A stretch of 64,000 nucleotides of DNA from Candidatus Freyarchaeum deiterrae (GCA_037305845.1 CP147778.1:160001-224000), one strand, 5' to 3'; positions 35,672-46,406 are shown, counted from the stretch's first letter. Notes: generated by a model from the sequence alone, not told the origin. Numbers and translations: made by a program.

Positions 35672-37762
35672 TTGGGGAAATGCCTTATGAGATCGAGAAA
35701 GACACAAATTGCGATTATACTATGCCTCCTACTGCTTCCACTAATAGGGTTAACAGCAAGCGCAGTGCTTTCCTCTGGTTCTACTAACTATTTTTCAATC
35801 TTTGTTTCATCTGGTGGAAATACTGGCGGGTCTGGTCTTTTAGCGAAGGATGTTACCGAATTTTCTAGACTTTCAGATACTCACTATGGTTTGCAATGGT
35901 CACCCCCACCGGGCTGGGCGGTATCGAATGTGAACATAACGCTATCAAACATAACTGCGCCAACCTACGAGAGGGTGATTGAGGACTATGCTGACCAAGC
36001 CGTCCCTCTAATACAATACAATTACACAAACCCCTTTCAATCGCTTATTTTAGCGGGTATCATGTCCTTTAATTTGACACCTGGGGAACCGGTTTACTTT
36101 AACAAGTTAAGCCTGTTACTTGTCAAGGCTCCCTTTAACGAGAGTGCTTATGTTGACATCGCCATTTATAATGCCACATATAACAGTAGCCTAAACTGGG
36201 TTGTACCCGACCAACCGCTATGGACAGTATCTAATCAATCCCTCATAGGTGATACTCTGGAGTTCAAAAATTTCAGCTTAACCGCCTCCCCTGACCAGTA
36301 CCTTGTTCTGGATCCTCACCTTAACCAAACATACGATAATGCGAATAATGATACTTACTTTATCGTGGCTTGGCAGGACCTATCTACCATTCCAAAAGCG
36401 TCTATCTACTGGTTCTACGCTAATGACACCTCCCATGGGGACAATGGTTACGCCTACTGGGCTTCTTTCAATATTTTTGGTCAACTCGTTGGTATCACCA
36501 ATAGAGATCCCTATTACAATGATACCTTCGACCTTTGTTCAAAGCTGTACTTTAATCCTAATAACGTTACTGCAGGGCCGCCTTTGCCGAGTGATGTGGG
36601 TCTGGAAATAAACGGTACGAGTGTTAACAATATTGGGCCAGGGAGTGGGTGGTGGAGCACTTCTGGAAACCTTTCTGGGAATTCTCTGTTTTTCAATGTT
36701 TCTACAGACTGGAACTCACCAGTGAGCTATAATGCAACCTTCAGCGTCACTTACCAAGATGTCGCTCTCGCAGCTTTAACTCAAACTTTCGTTGCAATGA
36801 GTTTCCTTTATGCTAATTCGGATAATCAAAGTAGGTCAAACGATTACTTGCTTCTGTTTGCTCTAGGTTCTGTTGCGGTTGCTGGAGCTGGTGGTTACAC
36901 CGGCAATAAGAGGAGAACGATTCCGAGAAACGCATTAAGAAGCCTTGAGCACATTATAGTGGACCATAATTCTACTGGTGTTCTTATCTGGACCTTTGAC
37001 TTTGTTTCAATGGAGCAGGATGTAGCTCTAGTCTCAGGATTCATGTCCGCAATCAAATCCTTCCTCGAGGAGATGAAGGTAGGCGGACTCAAAAGACTCA
37101 GCACAGAATTCGGAACATTCATACGAGAAGAGAGCCAGCTGCTAACCGCAACCTGTATAACAAGCGACATAGGACTCAACGAGGAACTCTGGATTAGAGG
37201 CAAGCTTCACAGCTTCCTAACTCAAGTTGAACAGATGCATCGGCAGCAGCTAGAGGGTTGGAAGGGCGACGTAGGCCAGTTCCGTGAATCATTCCCATCG
37301 GTTCTGGGTTCAGTAATAGACTTGGATAGAGTGAATGAGCTTCACAAGCAGAAGGTTGTCAGCCTAAGCCGGAAAAAGAAGGAACTGCAGGGCGAATTGA
37401 ACAAGTACGGAGCGCAGCTTGAAGAAATGAAAGCGAACCATGACTCCGGCAAGCTAAGCGACGAGGAATACACCATAAAGAGACTCAAAACAGAGTTCAA
37501 GTACGACCAGGTTCAGAAGGACTACATATATGCAAGCCTCTTTCTCTCAAAAGCTCCCACTGAAACAGCGGTCACGCCAAAAGCGGCACAAGAGCTTGAA
37601 GAAATCCAGAAACGCTTCATGGAAATAAGGCTAGAGATCGACGAGCTGCGGAAAAAAGAAGTTGATGGAACAATCACTCAGGAAGACAGGGTGAACAATG
37701 AAAAACTCCAAAAAGAACTCATGAGACTCGTAGACAGACTGGACAAAATTCAAAAACGGTAA
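35672..37762 (+). CDS. Single-pass membrane protein with ectodomain, longin-like domain and coiled coil (paralog of 25024..27054)
   Basis: Same architecture; identical LVSGFMSAIKSFLEEMKVGGLKRLSTEFGTFIREESQLLTATCIT block; an ATG start near 35687 is possible. Confidence 0.75.
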   Translation: MGKCLMRSRKTQIAIILCLLLLPLIGLTASAVLSSGSTNYFSIFVSSGGNTGGSGLLAKDVTEFSRLSDTHYGLQWSPPPGWAVSNVNITLSNITAPTYERVIEDYADQAVPLIQYNYTNPFQSLILAGIMSFNLTPGEPVYFNKLSLLLVKAPFNESAYVDIAIYNATYNSSLNWVVPDQPLWTVSNQSLIGDTLEFKNFSLTASPDQYLVLDPHLNQTYDNANNDTYFIVAWQDLSTIPKASIYWFYANDTSHGDNGYAYWASFNIFGQLVGITNRDPYYNDTFDLCSKLYFNPNNVTAGPPLPSDVGLEINGTSVNNIGPGSGWWSTSGNLSGNSLFFNVSTDWNSPVSYNATFSVTYQDVALAALTQTFVAMSFLYANSDNQSRSNDYLLLFALGSVAVAGAGGYTGNKRRTIPRNALRSLEHIIVDHNSTGVLIWTFDFVSMEQDVALVSGFMSAIKSFLEEMKVGGLKRLSTEFGTFIREESQLLTATCITSDIGLNEELWIRGKLHSFLTQVEQMHRQQLEGWKGDVGQFRESFPSVLGSVIDLDRVNELHKQKVVSLSRKKKELQGELNKYGAQLEEMKANHDSGKLSDEEYTIKRLKTEFKYDQVQKDYIYASLFLSKAPTETAVTPKAAQELEEIQKRFMEIRLEIDELRKKEVDGTITQEDRVNNEKLQKELMRLVDRLDKIQKR

Positions 37763-37906
37763 CAATTTAACAAGGCTTTAGACGTTCGAGAAATAATTAC
37801 AATCAGTTTCATTCACAGGTAAACCATGTGCATCTGAACTGCGTAAAATTTGGGAATCCTAGTATCTAATCTTCTTTTTTTTATTTTGCTCACAAATACC
37901 AAAATA

Positions 37907-38362
37907 TTATTTTACTTCGCGTCCGCAGTATTTGCAGAATAAGGAATCCCAGTCAATTTCTCTACCACAGGATTTGCAGCAAATACTTTTTATCGCTTCT
38001 GCTGGAATAAAACCACTTGAGAATAAGGAATCAAACATTCTGGAAAGGTTTTTCCACGATTCTTCTAGTTTGTTTACCTCACTTTCTGCAGTCTTTTTGT
38101 CTAATGAAAGCGTTTTAACATCAGACTTGATGATTTCATGACTTATGCTGATGGAAATATGTTTTTGATTCTTGTTGAACTTGACCGTGCCGATGGAGTC
38201 AATGTAACCTGATTTCAGTCTGGTTACGATTTTCCCCTCATCCTCTTCCTTCTCAACTATCATAAATCCCAGATTGCAGAGCCCCTCCTCGATAAGGTCA
38301 GAAACCTCTGCCTCGGATAAGTCAATATCATTAAATTCTCCAGCCCAGTACGATTCCGACAA
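37907..38362 (-). CDS. Hypothetical protein with C-terminal zinc ribbon
   Basis: CKSCGREIDWDSLFCKYCG. Confidence 0.75.
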   Translation of the reverse strand: MSESYWAGEFNDIDLSEAEVSDLIEEGLCNLGFMIVEKEEDEGKIVTRLKSGYIDSIGTVKFNKNQKHISISISHEIIKSDVKTLSLDKKTAESEVNKLEESWKNLSRMFDSLFSSGFIPAEAIKSICCKSCGREIDWDSLFCKYCGREVK

Positions 38363-38550
38363 TTTTCACTTCACACTCGTCAAAAAATCTTTGAACTATT
38401 CTATTATTCTCCACTATTTCAGATTCTTTAATTTTTCCAATTAACCAACCGGATATAGCCACAATTTCTCGAAAGGTGAAACAATTAGCTTATCCAAGTC
38501 GAAATCGGCGGGTAATGGCAATAATACTTGACTATTAGGTGCGATTGGAT

Positions 38551-39369
38551 TCAAGAAAGCAATAATTTGTTAATTGAACTTATTTCGTCTGGGAAGTTTT
38601 TGGTTAACCTGCTCTTTTTCAAATTCTCCTTAATTATCCAAAGAATATCCGCATCCTGTGAATCTATAAGTTGGTGGACATATTCGAAACCATCCTTTGG
38701 AATTGCTTGAATTACAACACTGACGGAATAGCCTAATGCTTGTCTCAATTTCTTGAACTCCTCGGATTTACGGTCTTTAGTAGCTAGTATCTGGGCAAAG
38801 ATCTTTTTATGCAACTCTAAAGCCCACCGTGCATTCTGCTCATTTCTCAGCAAGGCGGGTTCAGCCACTCCTGCTGCTACTGCCCTCATCGTAAGCCAAT
38901 TATTTTCTGCAATCCAGCCTTCTAATTCTTTCAGAGTTTTTTGGCTTTGCCTCTCTATTAGTTTCTGAAGACCCATTGCTACACCCTCTCTTACTCTCCA
39001 TCTCGCATCATTTGATAATTCTCGTAAAAGTGTTAATGCTTTTTCAAAGAAAACCGAGGAGACTGAGCCAATAGCCCCTATAGCGAAAGCCCCACAGAAA
39101 ACTAGAAATTCTTTTGGATTATTTACTGGTGCTTCATCCGCAGGAAACTGGATTAATTTCAAACATAATTTCCACAGCCTTTCAGAACTTTTGACGAGAT
39201 ACGCCTCAACCACGTCCGCAAACGCCGCGGCTAATTCCAAATTTCCTCTCGGTCCAGGAAGATTACTATTCGAAATCAAATACTCAAAAAGCTTGCCCTC
39301 ATCTTCTGTGTCCAGAAATTCATCTAATAAATTATCCAAATCGTGTTTGTACCTTCCTTTCTTACTCAT
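38551..39369 (-). CDS. HEAT-repeat protein (DNA alkylation repair-like)
   Basis: SNLPGPRGNLELA, DARWRVREGVAMGLQ, WIIKENLKKSRL. Confidence 0.75.
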   Translation of the reverse strand: MSKKGRYKHDLDNLLDEFLDTEDEGKLFEYLISNSNLPGPRGNLELAAAFADVVEAYLVKSSERLWKLCLKLIQFPADEAPVNNPKEFLVFCGAFAIGAIGSVSSVFFEKALTLLRELSNDARWRVREGVAMGLQKLIERQSQKTLKELEGWIAENNWLTMRAVAAGVAEPALLRNEQNARWALELHKKIFAQILATKDRKSEEFKKLRQALGYSVSVVIQAIPKDGFEYVHQLIDSQDADILWIIKENLKKSRLTKNFPDEISSINKLLLS

Positions 39370-39468
39370 TTAAACATTCACCTTTTTTAAAATGAGTACA
39401 ATCAGTTTAATCATCCAAAAAAGAAAAAGAAGAGAGTAAATTTGGTTTTCAAAAACTTTTGGTTGGCT

Positions 39469-40263
39469 TTATTTTCCCTTGAATGTGGGCTTCCTCTTTT
39501 CAAGGAAAGCCATTACTCCTTCCCGGGCATCCTCACTAACTGTGGCGATGGTTGCCAGTGCTCCTTCGAATATTAGACCCGCATCCAGTGGACCCTGGGA
39601 TCCGAAGTTCAGCGCGTATTTTGCTGCTCTCTGGGCGATTGGTGGCCCATTGGCTAGTTTAAGAGCGTACTCTTTTACCTCTGCCTCAAAGTTTTCGGAT
39701 GATAACACTTTGTTTACCAATCCGATTCTATAGGCTTCTTGCGCGTCTATGGGTTGACCTGAGAGTATAAGCTCTTTAGCTTTGGCGAGTCCGATGAGTC
39801 TGGGCATTCTGATGCAGCCTCCCCATCCCGGTATTATTCCACGATCTACTTCGGGTTGTCCGAGTCTGGAGCCTTCAGCGGCTACTCTGAAGTCACAGGA
39901 CATAGCTAGTTCGCAGCCTCCGCCGAGAGCAAAGCCTCTGATTGCTGCTACTACAAGCTTGGGGAACTTTTCAATTTTTGTGGTTACTTTAGCCAAACAC
40001 AGTGCGGTTTCCATTTGAGCCACAGCCATAGGAACTCCCAGTGTAATTGGTGGAGGTTCTTTAAGGTCAGCTCCTGCGGAGAAGGCCCATGTACCGGAGC
40101 CCATTATGACTACCACGTGAACTTCCTGATCGAACCAGAGTTCGTCGAGAGCCTTTTCAATCGCGTTGATTATAGGAACGTTTAGAGCGTTGGCTTTGGG
40201 TCTGTTCAGAATGAGCCATGCCAAGGGAGGTTCTTTATTCACTTTAAGAATATCTTCTGACAA
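39469..40263 (-). CDS. Enoyl-CoA hydratase
   Basis: AFSAGADL, GGGCELAMSCD, GQPEV, IPGWGG (both catalytic Glu present). Confidence 0.93.
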   Translation of the reverse strand: MSEDILKVNKEPPLAWLILNRPKANALNVPIINAIEKALDELWFDQEVHVVVIMGSGTWAFSAGADLKEPPPITLGVPMAVAQMETALCLAKVTTKIEKFPKLVVAAIRGFALGGGCELAMSCDFRVAAEGSRLGQPEVDRGIIPGWGGCIRMPRLIGLAKAKELILSGQPIDAQEAYRIGLVNKVLSSENFEAEVKEYALKLANGPPIAQRAAKYALNFGSQGPLDAGLIFEGALATIATVSEDAREGVMAFLEKRKPTFKGK

Positions 40264-40585
40264 TTCTCTTAACCCCTTTTTTTTGGAAATACAAACAATT
40301 TGATACTAACTGTTAATGAATGCTTTTCCACCTTTTATAAAAATCTTCCGCAAAAATCTGTGGCGAGAAAAATTATCAAATGATAAAAAAAATCCATAGT
40401 TTAGAGTCATAAAAAATCAAATCATGGAAGCAGAAAGAAACAAGCAAGAATCATTTTATATCAATATTTAACATTAAATTTCTTTTGCAATGGGATGGAG
40501 CCCAAATAATCTGGAAGTATAATTTAAAAAAAGAAAAAACCATTAAAAAAAATCGCGGCTTTTCAGTTTATTTCTTACATCTAAT

Positions 40586-41050
40586 TTATTCTTGCTCTGT
40601 TCCCAGTTTAAGTTGGCATATGGTATCCTTGTTTTCCACGTTGATGCCTATAACTTGACTTAAACCCATACCCTCGATGGCACCCATCATTATAATTGAT
40701 GAAGCGCAAAGAGGGCAGGCATTGTATCCTATGGATTTTCCGTATTTGGCCATTTCTAGCCAGGGGCATTCCTTTATTTTCATGCTAAATTTGTTTTCTG
40801 AGTAGCTCAATTCAAACTCTTTACCTAATACCCCGGTACTTTTGCCTAATGTTTCCAAGTCCCTTACGAGTTCCGGCATGTTTTTGGGTGGTTCCTTGCC
40901 TATAAACTGTTGCGCTAGACTTCCTATCATGGGGCCTAATACTTTGGATGATTGGCGTCCCAGTAGCATTGGTTTTATTCCCATCTTATCTGCAGATCCT
41001 AGTATTGTGCCGAAAACCAGTCCAGTAAAAAAGTCTATGATATTTGACAT
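40586..41050 (-). CDS. Hypothetical protein, V4R/methanogen-output-domain-like (CP..CPxC)
   Basis: KIKECPW, NACPLCAS, terminal ICQLKL. Confidence 0.6.
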   Translation of the reverse strand: MSNIIDFFTGLVFGTILGSADKMGIKPMLLGRQSSKVLGPMIGSLAQQFIGKEPPKNMPELVRDLETLGKSTGVLGKEFELSYSENKFSMKIKECPWLEMAKYGKSIGYNACPLCASSIIMMGAIEGMGLSQVIGINVENKDTICQLKLGTEQE

Positions 41051-41452
41051 ACATTTTTCAACTCCGAAAATTTTTTGGGGAGACTTAAACAGTAAAGGGT
41101 CACTGATACCGATTAGAGACGATTTACTGAGTTTAATCTCGGTTTTGCTTTCCCTTTTTTAAACTCTTGAATTTAGTTGGTCTATAAATATTAATTGTTG
41201 TATAACTATGTTATAAACTGCAATTTAAAATTTGCCTAAATTCTAGCCGCCAATTTTACCGAGAATATTGCCGCGGATAACGCAAAAACAAATTAAAAAT
41301 GAGAAAACGGAGAATAGTTAACAACCAGAAATAAAAGAACCCATTAAAAAACTCGAATCAAAGACCGGACCATCACAAAACAATCTAGTTTTCAGGAAAC
41401 CTAAAACTGAAAAAAAGATAGATTTGTTAATTATTTGTTTCGCAAATTGGAT

Positions 41453-41916
41453 TTATTTTCGTTCCATCTCCAATCCGAGTTTGCATATGGTTTCATTGTT
41501 ATCCACACTTATGCTCATGACTTTATTGAGCCCCATACCTTCTATAACACCCATAAGTATAATCGTTACGCCGCACAGAGGGCAGGCATTGTATCCTAGG
41601 GATTTTCCGAACTTGCACATTTCCAGCCAGAGGCACTGGTTTATTTTCATGCTTAAAATATTTCCCGAATAATTCAATTCGAACTCTTTGCCTAGTACTC
41701 CGGACTTTTACCTACTGTCTCTAGATTCTTAAGTAGGCCTTCTATGTTTTTAGGTGGGTCTCTATCTATAAATTGGTGCCTGAGATTTCCCATTAAGGTG
41801 CCTAATACTTTGGATGCCTGACGACCTAATAGCATTGGATTTATTCCCATCTTATCAGCGGAACTAAGTAGTGTGCCGAAAACCAGACCCGTTATAAAGT
41901 CTTTTAATTCTGACAT
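41453..41916 (-). pseudogene. Frameshifted paralog of 40586..41050
   Basis: 464 nt versus 465 nt in the paralog; one base is missing near 41703 (AGT-CCG-GAG-TAC-TAG versus AGT-ACC-GGG-GTA-TTA); both halves align to the intact copy. Confidence 0.88.
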
Positions 41917-42216
41917 TATTATTGCCACCCTTTCCAAAATTTTTTAAACGGTTCAAGAACTAAAAGGGTTCTAGATAGTGGATTTGAAATTTTTTTGCGT
42001 GTTTCAACAAATTATTTTTTCGCTTTCGAAAACTCACTCGTTATTAATCAAGTATAATTTAAGAAATTTATATATTTTTCTTGCATACCCGTATTTTGCA
42101 AGTGGAAAAAAAATGCCCTAAGGAAAATTTTCTAAACGCATGTGAAGTAACTAAATTATATAGTGAACCCTGATAATTCATACACAGTTTTGGAATTGTT
42201 CTCAACGACTTTCTTA

Positions 42217-42567
42217 TTAAGACCTTATCATTGTCAAAATCATTTTGAATTTACTTACCGCTTTTAGAGCGTGCGGCTGATTGGCGGGCATTATAACCAT
42301 TTCACCCTCTTTCACGTTGAGGGATTTACCTGAGATTACGATTTCTGCCTCTCCATCGAGAATATGGACTAAAGCATCAAAGGGCGCTGTATGTTCACTC
42401 AGTCCCTGGCCCTCATCGAAAGCAAATAGAGTTACGGTTCCTGCCTTTTTGTCAACTAGTGTTCTGCTCACCACAGCCCCCTCCTGATAATCAATCAAAT
42501 CGATTAACCTTAACGCACGCCCTACGAGTTTTTCGCCACCGGTTGTTTGTTTTTCAACACGCTTCAA
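42217..42567 (-). CDS. Cupin domain protein
   Basis: LFAFDEGQGLSEHTAP, MPANQPHAL; TTG start after GGAGGTGA. Confidence 0.9.
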   Translation of the reverse strand: MKRVEKQTTGGEKLVGRALRLIDLIDYQEGAVVSRTLVDKKAGTVTLFAFDEGQGLSEHTAPFDALVHILDGEAEIVISGKSLNVKEGEMVIMPANQPHALKAVSKFKMILTMIRS

Positions 42568-42727
42568 TCTCTCACCTCCATTTTTTTTAAGAAAGCCAAC
42601 CAAACTATATATACCCAATTAGATTTTGCTCAGGTTAGAATGATACCTTAGCATTTATTATTTGCCTCTAATTTTAAAAAAAAGGGTTGAATGTAGTATA
42701 AACCTTTACCTTTGTTTATGAAATTTT

Positions 42728-44629
42728 TTAGATGCCTAGTTTTTTCCTCTTCTCTTCTATATGGGCTAAGATAGCATCCGCTGCTTTTACTGGGTCTTTT
42801 TCGAGTTCAAGTTGGGCACCAGTCACTTGTTTTATATCCTGGGTTAAGAGTTTAACCAAGCTTGGTGCTCCGGTAACGGTTGGTACTGGATTGACGTAGG
42901 TGAATAGTCCCAGAGCTAGGGCGAATATGGCATCGATGGTGGCCTTCTGTTCCATGTATTCGGGTGCAACGGCTGCAACAGGAAGATCCGGCAGTGGTAC
43001 GCCTCCCAAAGCATTTGAAACTGCCGCAAGTAGGTCGGCGAGGCGTCCTGTGTCTGTACAGGTTCCATAGCTGAGAACTGGAGGTACGTTCAGTTTTTCA
43101 CAGATACTTTTCAGACCCGGGCCCGCAAATTTTTTGGCGTCAGGACTGCAGAGTCCCGCGACTTGCATGGCTCCGTTGCCGCATCCCATTGAAAGCACAA
43201 GAATGTCTCGCTTGACCAGTTCCTTGGCTACATTTACACAGTGAACATCCTGACCATGATCCCTTAGCGTGGTGCATGAGACCAGACCGGCTACTCCGCG
43301 CAGGGTTCCATCTTTTATGGCGTCCAGTAGGGGGTCGAGGGTTCCTCCGAGGGCTTCAAGAATGCTTTCGGTGGAGAAGCCTACTAGTGCTTCTCTCATG
43401 GGTAGTTGGGTAACTGGCTCTATGGAGGCTCTGCGTTCCTTAAAGTTGTCGATTGCCATCTGTAGGAGTTGGGCGGCTTGTTTCTCGGCTTTTTCGGGTT
43501 CGTAGTTTAACCTGTCGGTGATGCCTTCGAATGCAACTAGCTCGCTTACTGGTATGAGTTTAAACTTGTACTTTTGGGCGTAAATGGGGTCTATTGGCAT
43601 TGAGCAATTCATGTCTGCTGCGAAAAGGTCTACGCAGCCACTAGCCAGAACGGCTTCCTGCATAATCCAGTTCCCGGTGAAACCGTAAAATGCGTCGTCC
43701 ATTTTCCATCTCTGAATCATTTCTTGACCGGTCTCTATGTTTGCTATGACCCGTAGTCCTTTGGCACCCACTGCTTTTGCTCTCTTCTGCCACTCCGGCT
43801 TTCTAGCCAGTTGAACCATGGCGAACCCTAGGAAAGGTTCATGGCCGTTCGGGAGTACATTAACATAGTCGGGGTTTAATACGCCGAGGTCTACGCGCAT
43901 TGTGTGAGGTCTTGGAATTCCAAAAAGGATGTCTTGGCAGTACTCGTTGACAATCTGGCTCTGATAAGCCATTGCTATACCGAGACGCATGGCTTTGAAA
44001 GCCAAACTCTGATAGTAGCCGTCAACATTGGTGAGGCATGAACTTGTGGATAGCAGCATCTCGCCGTAAACTCCACCGGGAAAGATGTCCAGCTTCTTCC
44101 AAGTTTCTTTACGCTCCTGGGGGGCAAGTGCTTCAACGATTTGGCTTGGCTCATAGTACTTTCTGTTAAAATCTTCTTCCACAAAATCACACAGACGAAC
44201 GGCTATTTCCTTGTCTGTTCCCGAGGTATCTACTCCAAGTCTTTCAGAAAAAGTTCTCAATTTTTCAGACTCTTTAATCTCAAAAGGAGTCTTGCCACTT
44301 ACAGTCGCTCTGAGAGTCTTAACCGTCTGATCGGTGTGGTAATGGTAGGTCGATGCGCCCATCACGTTTCTGAGAAGCATCATGCGCATAGCCATGCCGT
44401 TTGCGGTTATGCCGCAGACTCCCCTCTTGTCTTTTGTTATATCCGCGCGGCAGGGACCGTTTGAACACAGGTCGCATCGTGCTCCTGCCTGGCAGAAAGG
44501 GCATCTTCTATCGGGATCCGGCATCCCTTGGGCTTGGTATCGATCCCATATATTTGGCATGTTGTCTTTTTTGATTCTTTGGTATACTTTTTTTACAGAA
44601 TCATGGTAAGAGATTCTATTTTCCTCCAA
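42728..44629 (-). CDS. cooS: CooS-family (Ni-CODH/HCP superfamily) protein with atypical active-site ligands
   Basis: CPFCQAGARCDLCSNGPC...GVCG, NGHEP, DMNC, SCTT, MGCG, GTCTD, EQKA. Confidence 0.88.
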   Translation of the reverse strand: MEENRISYHDSVKKVYQRIKKDNMPNIWDRYQAQGMPDPDRRCPFCQAGARCDLCSNGPCRADITKDKRGVCGITANGMAMRMMLLRNVMGASTYHYHTDQTVKTLRATVSGKTPFEIKESEKLRTFSERLGVDTSGTDKEIAVRLCDFVEEDFNRKYYEPSQIVEALAPQERKETWKKLDIFPGGVYGEMLLSTSSCLTNVDGYYQSLAFKAMRLGIAMAYQSQIVNEYCQDILFGIPRPHTMRVDLGVLNPDYVNVLPNGHEPFLGFAMVQLARKPEWQKRAKAVGAKGLRVIANIETGQEMIQRWKMDDAFYGFTGNWIMQEAVLASGCVDLFAADMNCSMPIDPIYAQKYKFKLIPVSELVAFEGITDRLNYEPEKAEKQAAQLLQMAIDNFKERRASIEPVTQLPMREALVGFSTESILEALGGTLDPLLDAIKDGTLRGVAGLVSCTTLRDHGQDVHCVNVAKELVKRDILVLSMGCGNGAMQVAGLCSPDAKKFAGPGLKSICEKLNVPPVLSYGTCTDTGRLADLLAAVSNALGGVPLPDLPVAAVAPEYMEQKATIDAIFALALGLFTYVNPVPTVTGAPSLVKLLTQDIKQVTGAQLELEKDPVKAADAILAHIEEKRKKLGI

Positions 44630-44805
44630 TAATATATACCCTCCATCGAATTTTTCCTGAATTATTATGCTCGTATGAATTAATGAGCACTAATCAAGAA
44701 TATCTATTGAAGTTGTTTATTCCGATTTATTATATTTTAAAATTTTTTTATTCTGTTTCATGGTGTTAGGTTCTAAAAAAATAAATAAGATTTTGTGTGT
44801 GTGGC

Positions 44806-45651
44806 TTACTTCGGCTTCTTTATGTTTCCTTTGATGTCTATGACTATTTTGCTTGTTGGAATGTTTTTTCCTGAGCGTTTAAGCGCTTCCTGTATAAGTT
44901 GGTATAGTCCTTGGCAGCAGGGGACTTCCATTGTGACTACCGTTATGCTTTTCAAACTTGACTGTTTAAATATTTGAGTTAGCTTTTCCTCATAGAATTG
45001 AGTATCGTCAAATTTTGGGCAACCGATGACAATCTTTTTGCCCCTCAAAAAGTCTTGGTGAAAGCCAGCGTAAGCATAGGGTACACAGTCTGCAACCACT
45101 AATAAATCAGCGTTAGCGAAGAATGGAGCGTTTGGGGAAACTAATCTTAATTGAACGGGCCACTGACTCAATTCTGATTCCATGTGTCCTGTCTCTGAAA
45201 CTAGTGAAGGATTCTTAGTGTTGCCAGAATCTACTTTTCTTAAATTACTAGAAGAGCCTGAAATCACTTGAGAGATTTCACTCAAACGTTTATCAAAGTT
45301 AATTTCTATTCCTCTTTCATTAAGATACTTTAATGCTTCATCTAGATAATCTTCCTGACCGTGGTCTTTCAAGTGTTGTAGATGGGCTTTTGTTACATCT
45401 GGTCCTTGTTTAACTATGCCTTCAATTGCCTTTCTTTCATTGTAGGGCTCTGCTTCCCTTTCTATTACTTCCATTGCACCTTGCGGGCAGCCCCCGACAC
45501 ATGCGCCCAGTCCATCACATAGGTAATCCCCTATGACTCTAGCCTTTCCGTCGATAACCTGCAATGCGCCTTCGGGGCAGTCGGGAATACAGGCTCCACA
45601 ACCGGTGCATTTTTCCTCATCTATTGAAACGATTTTCCGCTTAGTCTTCAT
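44806..45651 (-). CDS. 4Fe-4S dicluster protein with Cys-containing C-terminal domain
   Basis: CTGCGACIPDCP, CDGLGACVGGCP, QWPVQL, ADC, GCPKFD, MEVPCC. Confidence 0.88.
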   Translation of the reverse strand: MKTKRKIVSIDEEKCTGCGACIPDCPEGALQVIDGKARVIGDYLCDGLGACVGGCPQGAMEVIEREAEPYNERKAIEGIVKQGPDVTKAHLQHLKDHGQEDYLDEALKYLNERGIEINFDKRLSEISQVISGSSSNLRKVDSGNTKNPSLVSETGHMESELSQWPVQLRLVSPNAPFFANADLLVVADCVPYAYAGFHQDFLRGKKIVIGCPKFDDTQFYEEKLTQIFKQSSLKSITVVTMEVPCCQGLYQLIQEALKRSGKNIPTSKIVIDIKGNIKKPK

Positions 45652-45656
45652 TTGGT

Positions 45657-45896
45657 TTATCGCTTCCTTTCTGCTATTATTTTCTTACACTCTTCAGCGA
45701 ATTCACAATAGTCTAAGCATGATTGTACCTTTCTTGAGACCTTTCCTCCACAGTTTGGACAGTCTGTCTCGTCTTCATCGGTCCATATTTCAACGCTGCT
45801 CCCACAGTTTGCGCATGGGATATACTCGGGTTTGGGTCGTATGAAGTTACTTATACCGGGGCAGGTTTCCCTATTTTTTTCATTATTTTTATCCAT
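45657..45896 (-). CDS. Small Cys-rich zinc-ribbon/Fe-binding protein
   Basis: CPG, CANCG, EIWTDE, CPNCG, SCLDYCEFAEEC. Confidence 0.8.
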   Translation of the reverse strand: MDKNNEKNRETCPGISNFIRPKPEYIPCANCGSSVEIWTDEDETDCPNCGGKVSRKVQSCLDYCEFAEECKKIIAERKR

Positions 45897-45974
45897 TTTT
45901 CTTCACCCGCTTCATTTTTTCATGCTAATATTACAATAGTAATAAAATATATATACTTTGTCGTCAATGTATGC

Positions 45975-46406
45975 ATGGAGAATCCTAAAATGTTAATACC
46001 CTGTGAAGTTGCAGTAAAATGCGTCTTACCCGTAGTACGAGCCATGGTGGCCAATGAACTCGTAACAAAATATGATCTAAAACAGGTGGAAGCAGCAAAA
46101 CTTCTCGGAATCAGCCAACCAGCTATAAGTCTATATGGCAGTAAAATACGTGGAAATGCAATTAACTTAGAGAATGAAACCGAAGTTAAAAAGGCGATAG
46201 AAAACTTGGCAGAGCTATTAGCTAAGAATGAACTTTCAAACAAAGATTTCGTACTAATGTTTTGTGAAATTTGTAGAACCATTAGAGCCAAAGGATTAAT
46301 GTGCAGATTACACAAGGCGTTCGAACCCAGTATTGAAATTGAAAAATGTGGACTCTGCTCGCTTATCTCAGATAATGGTTGCATCAAAATTACTTCTAAC
46401 ACATAG
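45975..46406 (+). CDS. Archaeal HTH transcriptional regulator with Cys/His-rich C-terminus, divergent from the cooS cluster
   Basis: PCEV..LPVVRA, QVEAAKLLGISQPAISLY, CEIC..C.LH..CGLC. Confidence 0.85.
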   Translation: MENPKMLIPCEVAVKCVLPVVRAMVANELVTKYDLKQVEAAKLLGISQPAISLYGSKIRGNAINLENETEVKKAIENLAELLAKNELSNKDFVLMFCEICRTIRAKGLMCRLHKAFEPSIEIEKCGLCSLISDNGCIKITSNT

